Below are positions 1 to 11,675 of a stretch of 64,000 bases of DNA, piece by piece (the stretch's first letter is position 1; each line of letters opens with the position of its first letter). This DNA comes from Macrostomum hystrix. Lineage: Eukaryota > Animalia > Platyhelminthes. The position numbers were made by a program, and so were the translations under genes. Under the pieces are notes generated by a model. That model worked only from the letters and a program-made list of their open reading frames with translations, had not been told where the DNA came from and made no database searches. The stretch is from the NCBI GenBank assembly GCA_950097015.1, contig CATNEN010000014.1, forward strand, positions 1,054,001 to 1,118,000, in the 5' to 3' direction.

Positions 1-87
1 GGCATGACTCGAACTTCCAGTCTTCAAGTTAAAAGTCTTTCGCCACATCCTTCTAAGCTACAACCTTTTGAGATACCTTAGCATTGC

Positions 88-474
88 TGTGCAGTACCAG
101 CCTACTTGCACAATGCAATCCAGTACCAGCCTACCTGTGCAATGCAATCCAGTACCAGCCTACCTGTGGAATGCAATCCAGTACCAGCCTACCTGTGCAA
201 TGCAATCCAGTACCAGCCTACCTGTGCAATGCAATCCAGTACCAGCCTACCTGTGCAATGCAATCCAGTACCAGCCTACCTGTGCAATGCAATCCAGTAC
301 CAGCCTACCTGTGCAATGCAATCCAGTACCAGCCTACCTGTGCAATGCAATCCAGTACCAGCCTACCTGTGCAATGCAATCCAGTACCAGCCTACCTGTG
401 CAATGCAATCCAGTACCAGCCTACCTGTGCAATGCAATCCAGTACCAGCCTACCTGTGCAATGCAATCCAGTAC
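88..474 (+). repeat. 29-bp minisatellite (aatgcaatccagtaccagcctacctgtgc), ~13 copies
   Basis: Near-perfect tandem units read directly; accounts for ORFs 68..511, 84..497 and 106..492. Confidence 0.95.
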
Positions 475-858
475 AAGCAGTTTTGTCAATAGTATAGCCA
501 TTGTATTATAAAATTCAAAGTACAACACTGTTCTCAAATTACTGCAAAGCATCACCGCTCAAATTGAATTTCTATAAATAACTCACTTTAAACATGAGAA
601 CCTCATTGGGTGGCCTGTCTCCCCTCTCACGGTTCAAGTGTCAGCATGTCAGTTCACACTTGGTGCACTTTAAAACTCAGTAGGTGAGAGTGATTGTGAC
701 AACAAAAAGGGGGGAGCGCGCGGCAGGGCCAATTAAGGGACACTCTGCACTATAATTTCGGGCTGTCATTGTGCCTTGCGCGAGTTTATAAAAGCCAAAC
801 AGTGGAGGCCGTGCGCAGACATTAGTCAACAGTCGCTCTCATCTGTGTGCTTAGCCGG

Positions 859-866
859 TATAAAAG
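859..866 (+). promoter_or_regulatory. Candidate TATA box (TATAAAAG) of the carbonic anhydrase gene
   Basis: TATAAAAG ~20-25 nt upstream of Inr-like TCACT repeats (~881-905) and 55 nt upstream of ATG 914. Confidence 0.45.
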
Positions 867-913
867 GACAGACGGAGCTACTCACTCTACTCACTGTACT
901 CACTCTATGCGAC

Positions 914-3900
914 ATGCCTTTGCTGAACAGTCTCTGCCCGTCAGTCACGGTCATCATGGCCGTCATCTGCCTGAGCTGCGGTGAGTCCTGCCTGGGCGCC
1001 GCCCTGCCGCCGCACTGGAGCTACGACAGGAACGGCACCGACGGTCCGGCCAGCTGGCCGAGCCTCTACAAGCGCTGGTGCTCCGGCCGCAAGCAGTCGC
1101 CGATCAACATCGAGTCGGCGACGGCCGTCTATGACGAGTCGCTGTCACAGTACTCTGTCAGCGAGCTCCCCAACCCGGCCAGCCTGCGCTACCGACTGGT
1201 TAACGACGGGCACAAAGGTGAGGAGGCTTTGAAGGGCTTGGCGGCTAGTCAAAAGATCGCGGTGTACTTTTTCGCACACTAATCAATGGCCCTGGTTAGA
1301 AGGCCGTTAGAGGCTACCCGGGTGCCACGCCGTTCACCAGCCGCTCACAGTTAGCTTTAGCGATTAACAACCAGGCTGTCAAATGGGCCATGCAGCCTAA
1401 TAAATATTTGAATGGTAAACACTAACGGCTATCAAACCTTGGCTGGACCGTTGCAGCCGAGAACTGACGGTCTGTGCGGCCTAAGACACTCAGCAACAGT
1501 CGCGCAGACAGGTAAGGTAAAACATCATTAGAAACGCAATCACTGGGAAGGCCTTGGGGCAGTCCGTTAGTAGGCGCTAGAAGGCCCAACTAACTGGCAA
1601 GTACAACGAGTGAGTACTGACGGTGGAGATAGCTCCGAGTGTTTGTGTTTTTGTGTGTGCACAGGGCTCATATTCAGCCGTTAGTTGCTAAGGCTTAATA
1701 GAGTACATTACCTGTGCTTCACTGTTTGTTCTGAATTTTTACAAGCCAGTTCATGGGAAATTTCACCTCCCCCGAACTCCGCACCTGGACAGTGCTGGTG
1801 AACTTCGGAAACGCCCAGATCAACGTGAGCCTCAACCGGCACCAGCGCGAGTGCTTCAGGCCGCATCACGTGCACTGGCACTGGGGCGGCCTAGACAACA
1901 TCGGCTCCGAGCACCAGCTCAGTGGCAGACAGTACCCCATGGAGGTCTGTAGAAACCGAAAAATGTTTTCGGTCATTGGTTTTTTTCCAAGAACATGCAC
2001 CTCGAGCTTGAATGAAATGCTTACAAAAGTCTAGCAAGCCAATGTCAATGTGGCTCACCCGCAGGGTCACATTGTGATGTGGGACTGTCGCTTCTGGGAT
2101 TCGTTCGAGGCGGCCGCCTTGGGAATCGACGGGCTGGCGGTTCTGGGCTTCTTCTACGAGGTTAAGACCAGCTGAGACAATTGCAGCGGGACAAGTACAG
2201 TCCTAATCACCATGCTCAAACTGCCATCTCCCACCATGCTTGAACTCCTATTCCCCACCATGCTTGAACTCCTATTCCCCACCATGCTTAAACTCCCATT
2301 CCCCACCATGCTTGAACTCCCATTCCCCAGCATGCTTGAACTCCTATTCCCCACCATGCTTAAACTCCCATTCCCCACCATGCTTGAACTCCCATTCCCC
2401 AGCATGCTTTAACTCCTATTCCCCACCATGCTTTAACTCCTATTAACCACCATGCTTAAACTCCCATTCCCCACCATGCTTAAACTCCCATTCCCCACCA
2501 TGCTTGAACTCCTATTCCCCAGCAAGCTTGAACTCCTATTCCCCACCATGCTTAAACTCCCATTCCCCACCATGCTTGAACTCCCATTCCCCAGCATGCT
2601 TTAACTCCTATTCCCCACCATGCTTTAACTCCTATTAACCACCATGCTTAAACTCCCATTCCCCACCATGCTTAAACTCCCATTCCCCACCATGCTTGAA
2701 CTCCCATTCCCCACCATGCTTGAACTCCTATTCCCCACCATGCTTGAACTCCTATTCCCCACCATGCTTGAACTCCTATTCCCCACCATGCTTGAACTCC
2801 CATTCCCCAGCATGCTTTAACTCCTATTCCCCACCATGCTTGAACTCCTATTCCCCACCATGCTTGAACTCCTATTCCCCACCATGCTTGAACTCCCATT
2901 CCCCACCATGCTTGAACTCCCATCCCCCACCATGCTTAAACTCCCATTCCCCACCATGCTTGAACTCCCATTCCCCAGCATGCTTTAACTCCTATTCCCC
3001 ACCATGCTTTAACTCCTATTAACCACCATGCTTGAACTCCTATTCCCCACCATGCTTTAACTCCTATTAACCACCATGCTTGAACTCCCATTCCCCAGCA
3101 TGCTTGAACTCCTATTCCCCAGCAAGCTTGAACTCCTATTCCCCACCATGCTTGAACTCCTATTCCCCACCATGCTTGAACTCCTATTCCCCACCATGCT
3201 TGAACTCCTATTCCCCAGCATTCTTGAACTCCCATTCCCCAGCATGCTTGAACTCCTATTCCCCAGCATTCTTGAACTCCCATTCCCCAGCATGCTTGAA
3301 CTCCTATTCCCACCATGCTTGAACTCCTATTAACCAGCATTCTTGAACTCCTATTCCCCAGCATGCTTGAACTCCTATTCCCCAGCATGCTTGAACTCCC
3401 ATTCCCCACCATGCTTGAACTCCCATTCCCCAGCATGCTTGAACTCCTATTCCCCACCATGCTTGAACTCCCATTCCCCAGCATGCTTGAACTCCCATTC
3501 CCCACCATGCTTGAACTCCCATTCCCCAGCATGCTTGAACTGCCATCCCCCACCATGCTTGAACTCCCATTCCCCACCATGCTTGAACTCCCATTCCCCA
3601 GCATGCTTGAACTCCCATTCCCCACCATGCTTGAACTCCTATTCCCACCATGCTTGAACTCCTATTCCCACCATGCTTGAACTCCTATTCCCCAGCATGC
3701 TTGAACTCCCATTCCCCACCATGCTTGAACTCCTATTCCCCAGCATGCTTGAACTCCCATTCCCCACCATGCTTGAACTCCCATTCCCCACCATGCTTGA
3801 ACTCCCATTCCCCAGCATGCTTGAACTCCTATTCCCCACCATGCTTGAACTCCCATTCCCCACCATGCTTGAACTCCTATTCCCCAGCATGCTTGAACTC

Positions 3901-6896
3901 CCATTCCCCAGCATGCTTGAACTCCCATTCCCCAGCATGCTTGAACTCCCATTCCCCAGCATGCTTGAACTCCCATTCCCCAGCATGCTTGAACTCCTAT
4001 TCCCCACCATGCTTGAACTCCCATTCCCCACCATGCTTGAACTCCCATTCCCCACCATGCTTGAACTCCTATTCCCCACCATGCTTGAACTCCCATTCCC
4101 CACCATGCTTGAACTCCCATTCCCCACCATGCTTGAACTCCCATTCCCCACCATGCTTGAACTCCTATTCCCCAGCATTCTTGAACTCCCATTCCCCACC
4201 ATGCTTGAACTCCTATTCCCCACCATGCTTGAACTCCCATTCCCCACCATGCTTGAACTCCCATTCCCCACCATGCTTGAACTCCCATTCCCCACCATGC
4301 TTGAACTCCTATTCCCCAGCATTCTTGAACTCCCATTCCCCACCATGCTTGAACTCCCATTCCCCAGCATGCTTGAACTCCTATTCCCCACCATGCTTGA
4401 ACTCCCATTCCCCACCATGCTTGAACTCCTATTCCCCAGCATGCTTGAACTCCTATTCCCCAGCATTCTTGAACTCCCATTCCCCACCATGCTTGAACTC
4501 CTATTCCCCAGCATGCTTGAACTCCTATTCCCCACCATGCTTGAACTCCCATTCCCCACCATGCTTGAACTCCCATTCCCCAGCATGCTTGAACTCCCAT
4601 TCCCCACCATGCTTGAACTCCTATTCCCCAGCATGCTTGAACTCCTATTCCCCAGCATGCTTGAACTCCTATTCCCCAGCATGCTTGAACTCCTATTCCC
4701 CACCATGCTTGAACTCCCATTCCCCACCATGCTTGAACTCCTATTCCCCAGCATGCTTGAACTCCCATTCCCCACCATGCTTGAACTCCTATTCCCCAGC
4801 ATGCTTGAACTCCTATTCCCCACCATGCTTGAACTCCCATTCCCCACCATGCTTGAACTCCTATTCCCCAGCATGCTTGAACTCCCATTCCCCACCATGC
4901 TTGAACTCCTATTCCCCACCATGCTTGAACTCCCATTCCCCACCATGCTTGAACTCCTATTCCCCAGCATGCTTGAACTCCCATTCCCCACCATGCTTGA
5001 ACTCCTATTCCCCACCATGCTTGAACTCCCATTCCCCACCATGCTTGAACTCCCATTCCCCACCATGCTTGAACTCCCATTCCCCAGCATGCTTGAACTC
5101 CCATTCCCCACCATGCTTGAACTCCCATTCCCCACCATGCTTGAACTCCCATTCCCCAGCATGCTTGAACTCCCATTCCCCACCATGCTTGAACTCCTAT
5201 TCCCCACCATGCTTGAACTCCCATTCCCCACCATGCTTGAACTCCCATTCCCCACCATGCTTGAACTCCTATTCCCCAGCATGCTTGAACTCCTATTCCC
5301 CACCATGCTTGAACTCCTATTCCCCACCATGCTTGAACTCCTATTCCCCACCATGCTTGAACTCCTATTCCCCAGCATGCTTGAACTCCTATTCCCCAGC
5401 ATTCTTGAACTCCCATTCCCCACCATGCTTGAACTCCTATTCCCCAGCATGCTTGAACTCCCATTCCCCACCATGCTTGAACTCCCATTCCCCAGCATGC
5501 TTGAACTCCTATTCCCCACCATGCTTGAACTCCCATTCCCCACCATGCTTGAACTCCCATTCCCCAGCATGCTTGAACTCCTATTCCCCACCATGCTCGA
5601 GCTGTTATCACAATGCTCAAACTGGCATCCATGCTTAAACTGGCATACATGCTCAAACATGCTCAAATATTCTTACCCAGCTGGATGACGCAACCGGCTC
5701 CAGCGGGCCTCTGCCAGCGCTAACGGCGCAGTTCAACCAGACCGGCGTGTCCCACTGCGACCTCTGCGCCAACGAGAGCTACTCAAATCCTGGCATTGAG
5801 GTGGCCGGCTTTAGCGTCCGCGACCTGCTGCCGGCCGACATGAGTCGCTACTTTGTCTACTACGGCTCACTGACGACGCCAGACTGTCGAGAGAACGTTC
5901 TCTGGACCGTCTTCACCGACACCGTGAAGATTTCCCGCACTGTGGTAAGCAGCTGCTGCCTGGGAGCTGGGGACTCCGTACTCTACAGAGCTTATGTGCA
6001 ACCCACAATGACCTCACTGACAATGACCTCACTGACAATGACCTCACTGACATTGACCTCACTGACAATGACCTCACTGACAATGACCTCACTGACAATG
6101 ACCTCACTGACAATGACCTCACTGACAATGACCTCACTGACAATGACCTGACTGACAACAAAACTGACAATGACCTCACTGATAACAACCAAGCTGACAA
6201 TAGCCAAATCGACAACAACCACACCGACAAAAACCACACCGACAACAACCACACCGACAAAAACCACACCGACAAAAACCACACCGACAACAACCACACC
6301 GACAAAAACCACAACGACAACAACCAAACCGACAAAAACCACACCGACAACAATCTCACCAACAAAAACCACTACGACAACAACCACACCGACAACAACC
6401 ACACCGAAAAAAACCACACCGACAACAACCACACCGACAACAAACACACCGACAACAACCACACCGACAACAACCACACCGACAACAACCACACCGACAA
6501 CAACCACACCGACAACAACCACACCGACAACAACCACACCGACAACAACCACACCGACAACAACCACACCGACAAAAACACACCTGCAACAACCGCAATA
6601 ATCGCATTCTCTAAAACAACCAAAAAACGCTGCCGAACTCGCAGATGAACCGGTTCAGAAGCCTTCAAATGCCTGCCGACAGGTCAGGAGCTCGAGCCCG
6701 AATGGTGAACAATTTCCGCGGCCCGGTGCCGCTGAACCCGACTGACCCCGTGGGGGCCCGCCGGCAGCTGTCGCGTTCGTTCGCAGTCATCCCGCCAACT
6801 GCCTCCGGGATTAAACAGGCGTGCAGCGGCTCCTGGGTCATTGTGGCCTCAGCCGCGTGTTGTCTCCTGAGCAAGGCGCTCGCTTATTCAGCCTGA
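914..6896 (+). CDS. Alpha-carbonic anhydrase, secreted/GPI-anchored type (~355 aa); exons 914-1217, 1793-1944, 2065-2160, 5681-5944, 6645-6896
   Basis: Motifs WSY..GP..W, QSPINI, NDGH (His64), HVHWHWG (His94/96), GSEH, PMEGHIV (His119), [10 protein letters not shown] and [10 protein letters not shown]. Four GT-AG introns join in frame (1068 nt). Hydrophobic N- and C-termini. Start could be ATG 914 or 956. Confidence 0.92.
2205..5600 (+). repeat. 24-bp minisatellite (ccccaccatgcttgaactcccatt), ~140 copies, filling CA intron 3
   Basis: Direct reading; lies between donor 2161 and acceptor 5680; produces the 660-675 aa ORFs on both strands. Confidence 0.97.
6003..6590 (+). repeat. Bipartite 15-bp minisatellite (acaatgacctcactg, then acaacaaccacaccg) in CA intron 4
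   Basis: Direct reading; between donor 5945 and acceptor 6644. Confidence 0.93.
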
Positions 6897-7949
6897 TAAC
6901 TATCTTTATATTGCTAGAATGTTTTTAAGGACTGACACTTTAATATGAGCTTTATATATATTTATACATATATATAATAGTATGTTGTAGCTCGCACTTT
7001 TTAAGTTGATAGTGGCACCCACTGGCAGCTCACACCCTGACAGCTGTCAAATATATTCAGTTGTAGAGACCCTGCTTACTTTTGCACATCGATTCGTTTT
7101 TACCGTATATTTCTAATCCTGACTTTTTCTACCTATCTGTTTATTATCTGCACGTAACCCTGACAGGCCTCACAAAGTCGTGATAGAAGCACGAGTTAAT
7201 AATCGATAATATTTGTCCTGACGATCTACATGCAATAGCTGCACTGAGTTAATCATTTCCGATGGTACTGTAGAGTCTTAGAGGACACGTTTGTGAAAGT
7301 GACTGTCGTCAATTTTGGATTCTCGTCAGATTTTGCTCTGAAAAGTTCGCCAAATCGGCAATTTCGCTACAGATGGATTTAGATTCTATTTGCGGTATGG
7401 GGGGGAATCACGAGCTGCATTCTATTTAAACAAACCAAACGCACCGAAGTAAAACAAAACAAAAAAGAGAGACTCGCGAAGTCTCCGGCCTTGAGCCAAG
7501 CGAATCTCGGTCGTAACAAGTGACAGTGATCATTTCTGATAGAATTGACGCCAATCATTTCTCACGACTAGCCATGAAATAACAAAAATTCTGTTCTTTT
7601 CCCGCGTGAGAAACTCGCCACTGGAAAAAAATATTTTGGGTGACGACACAAAAATTGAGTAATTAACAGAAATTCAACAAGGAAAATAAACACGAGGAAA
7701 CTGGTAGGGCGGCATTCGCGAGTCCACTCTTAAAGTTGCACTTGGACCGGGCCTCGCACGGGACACACGCCCACCAGAAGGAGGGACAACACGGAACAGT
7801 CTGACATCACGGTGCAGGTAAATCGAGAAGAGATCGTGTACAGAAACAATACTTGGCTCCACCAACCGGGCACCGAGCTGGTCAGAACAATGCCCTGACC
7901 AATGACCCGGTGGTGGACAACGGGGGGCGTCTGCAAAGACATTCTGGGA

Positions 7950-7966
7950 CTAAGCTGTGAGACCAG
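7950..7966 (-). CDS. mbl: Candidate alternative terminal coding exon of muscleblind (adds SGLTA* after the donor at 11716)
   Basis: Pyrimidine-rich acceptor gttattttccag| at 7967; joining it to the phase-1 donor T|GTAAGT at 11716 gives a short in-frame end. No homology support. Confidence 0.25.
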
Positions 7967-8389
7967 CTGGAAAATAACATCGTAAATTGACAAGCACACG
8001 CACATATAAAACGGGTATGAAAGTCGGGTATCTTGTTGCATACACAGAAACGATAGCAGTATTCAAGTGGTATTTTTATGCAGAATTTTCTACTAGTTTG
8101 CTTCATTCATTAGTGCAGGATTATATCCAGAAATCGAAAGGAAATTGCGTTCGATCAGGTCACTGTGGTCGGCTCGGCTCCGACAACTGCAATTAATAAT
8201 GGGAGTTAAACACGCTATGTGCTACTTGGCTACTTTAACAGTAGGCAGTTTAGCATGTAGTCAACAGTTTTTACCAGCTACTATAATTGGACACCCTTAA
8301 CAGCATAGATTCCAGCTGTTGGGTGGGCTAGACGGAAATATCGGAAAATGTCAATTTTCTTTTCGACAGTAATAAATATGTTGACTTTC

Positions 8390-8845
8390 AAACCTGCCCC
8401 TACCTCACGCTCTGACCCTTCGCACGCAAAGTTTATCCAGCCTTTTCTAATTGCCTACCCCTCCATGCCTAAACTCCCACCTCACACCCTTACCCTTCGC
8501 ACATAAATTTAAATCTCCAGCCTTTTCTACTTTCCTACCCATCCATGCCCAAACCCCCACCTCACACCTTGACCCTTCGCACGCAGCTTCTCCAGCCTTC
8601 TCTACTTTCCTACCCCTCCATACCCGAACCCCCACCTCACACCCTGACCCTTCGCACGCCAAGCTTCTACAGCCTTCTCTACTTTCCTACCCCTCCATAC
8701 CCGAACCCCCACCTCACACCCTGACCATTCGCACGCCAAGCTTCTACAGCCTTCTCTACTTTCCTACCCCTCCATACCCGAAACCCCACCTCACACCCTG
8801 ACCCTTCGCACCCTGGCACTTCGCAAACCCCCGCCTCACACACAG
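8390..8845 (+). repeat. Degenerate 75-77-bp tandem repeat, ~6 copies
   Basis: Recurring ccagccttctctactttcctacccctccatacccgaacccccacctcacaccctgacccttcgcacg. Confidence 0.85.
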
Positions 8846-9974
8846 ACTCTAGCACTTGACTAGTCAAAATAATGCCCAATCTCGCAGTTCCCGCTCAACT
8901 CACCGATCACGGCCAGACCAGTTGGCCCGCGCAGAGAAGCTCCGCTTGGGGATTGTCTGAAATGTGTTGAGGTCAATTTTTTCAGGCTTGCATGCGAGAC
9001 AAGACCAGATTCAGACAAAAATAGTTCTTTTTAAGAAGCAATTCACTGCTAACAATAAACTCATGGATCAGCTTGACCTCGTGTTGTGATTTTTTCCACG
9101 CGTGCACTTTAAACTGCACAGAGAGCCCCTAGTCCTGGCCTTGGCACTGACATTATCAGCTACTACACTCCACAAGCAGGGAGAATTGTTTTGTTCTGAT
9201 GCCTGCTCTGATCCACCCACATGCGGATGCTTATTGCTGGATAAAGTGGATCGCGCGCAAACCGTTGCTAAGCCTGAAAAATGCCTCTAAGAATGGGAAC
9301 AGACACTGACGGTTGCACCGGGGCTGAGCCGCTCCCGTTTGCAGATAAGGCGCCTCCCACCCTTGAAAGTTCGGCAAGTCGAACCTGAAATTCTGCCGGG
9401 CCGCCAAGTGTTTACGAGCCCCACAGACCTCGGATTCCAGCTTTGTACCCCCTCCCTTTCTAGGCCCTCTAATCCCGCCAGACTATCACTTTAGCTAGCC
9501 CCTGCAGCGTTGGTGGGGTGGGGCCAGTGTTTTGTAAGGCCGAAGTTCCGGACAGGGTGACCAGCAGCAGACGCCCATAAAAATGACGGATCCGATGCAG
9601 CAGTTTCGCGTGGCGCCGGCCTGCCATGTTTGCTCCTCCGCTTTGTTTTACTGGCTGGGCCTGCCATTTTGGCAGCCGCAGCATTTCATAATGCGGCTCA
9701 CCCGGGCAATCACCTGGGGAATCACCTGGACTGCCGGCTTTGGTTTATGGCCAGTGGATCGGGTAAGAGGAGGCAGGGGAAAGGAGGCGAGAACCACGGG
9801 CGATTTGTTTTTTTGTGCTAAACTTGGGGGCCCATTGACAAAGTGGAAATGAGAAAATGCGATGAAAGCAATACGGATCTTTACTGGTCTGAGGCTGGTT
9901 GCTGGTTGAAGCAATGAGTTGAAATTTTACAATTATGAGAGCATAGGGGCGGAGAAATTCGTTTAAGAAGATAG

Positions 9975-11010
9975 AGGGAATTGGAGCAGGGAATGGGAGA
10001 ATGGGAGCAGGTAACGGGAGCAGGTAATGGGAGCAGGCAATTGGAAAATTGGAGCAGGGAATGGGAGAATGGGAGCAGGTAACGGGAGCAGGTAATGGGA
10101 GCAGGCAATTGGAAAATTGGAGCAGGGAATGGGAGAATGGGAGCAGGTAACGGGAGCAGGGAATGGGAGCAGGGAATGGGAGCAGGGAATGGGAGCAGAG
10201 AATGGGAGCAGGGAATGGGAGAATGGGAGCAGGGAATGGGAGAATGGGAGCAGGTAACGGGAGCAGGGAATGGGAGCAGGGAATGGGAGCAGGGAATGGG
10301 AGCAGGGAATGGGAGAATGGGAGCAGGGAATGGGAGAATGGGAGCAGGTAACGGGAGCAGGGAATGGGAGCAGGGAATGGGAGCAGGGAATGGGAGCAGG
10401 TAACGGGAGCAGGTAACGGGAGCAGGGAATGGGAGCAGGGAATGGGAGCAGGGAATGGGAGCAGGTAACGGGAGCAGGGAATGGGAGCAGGGAATGGGAG
10501 CAGGGAATGGGAGCAGGGAATGGGAGCAGGGAATGGGAGCAGGGAATGGGAGCAGGGAATGGGAGCAGGGAATGGGAGCAGGGAATGGGAGCAGGGAATG
10601 GGAGCAGGGAATGGGAGAATGGGAGCAGGGAATGGGAGAATGGGAGCAGGTAACGGAGCAGGGAATGGGAGCAGGGAATGGGAGCAGGGAATGGGAGCAG
10701 GGAATGGGAGCAGGGAATGGGAGCAGGGAATGGGAGCAGGGAATGGGAGCAGGGAATGGGAGCAGGGAATGGGAGCAGGGAATGGGAGAATGGGAGCAGG
10801 GAATGGGAGAATGGGAGCAGGTAACGGAGCAGGGAATGGGAGCAGGGAATGGGAGCAGGGAATGGGAGCAGGGAATGGGAGCAGGGAATGGGAGCAGGGA
10901 ATGGGAGCAGGGAATGGGAGCCGGGAATGGGAGCCGGGAATGGGAGCAGGGAATGGGAGCAGGGAATGGGAGCAGGGAATGGGAGCAGGGAATGGGAAAA
11001 TGGGAGCCGG
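9975..11010 (+). repeat. 13-bp minisatellite (gggagcagggaat), ~75-80 copies
   Basis: Direct reading; reads attccctgctccc on the muscleblind sense strand. Confidence 0.95.
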
Positions 11011-11675
11011 GCTCAGCACTAAAAAGTCCTGCTTAACTTCTTGACGGACGACAGTAAGCTCAGTCACACGCAGAAATATCCCCCGTTGCAGTCGCAGACT
11101 AAGGGGTTAGGGAAATGTCCAGTTGGAGCCGGGGAAATTGGTGCGCCTTGCTCCTCTCCTTTTCCGCCCCGCTCCCCTGGCCAGCGTCCGGCCGTGCCAG
11201 GAGGGGCCGAGGCTGATTCCCCATGGGAGGCGCTGGCCGGGAGCCAAAAAATGAGCCGCTGGTCGGCTGACCCAGGACCAGTTCATGCCCTGCCCGGAGC
11301 GGCAAAGCGGGACCGATTCAACGCGAAGACAGCTCCTCGCCAGTGTGAAAACATTGCTTCGAGGGAATCGCTTGCGACTGCAGCCGCTTCAGGCACTGCG
11401 GCTAACGCGTTTGCCTCTCGAATCAATGTCAATCAATCAATCAATCAATCAATGTGCTCGATTACGCGGCGAGGGCCAAGGGCCAACCCCTAGGTACAGC
11501 GAGAGTGTACACTGCCTGCCGATGAGAAAGTCAGGGTAGATGTACACACCCGTGTGAGTGTGAGCCTGTGTACATTATCCATGTGTGCGCAAACTCATGG
11601 ATTCACCTCTCGCTGGCTGCGGGTCGTTGACTGTCGCCGAATTATGCTTCAGAGCGCACAGCCTTCCAGTAAATT

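Noticed and set aside
2154-5688. 660-675 aa ORFs on both strands ([16 protein letters not shown], etc.)
   Set aside because: Translations of a stop-free 24-bp minisatellite inside a well-defined CA intron, open in most frames.
5992-6601. Thr-rich mucin-like ORF (6170..6601) as a CA stalk
   Set aside because: It lies between a good donor (5945) and acceptor (6644); read-through from exon 4 stops at 6151 and the catalytic domain is completed by exon 5.
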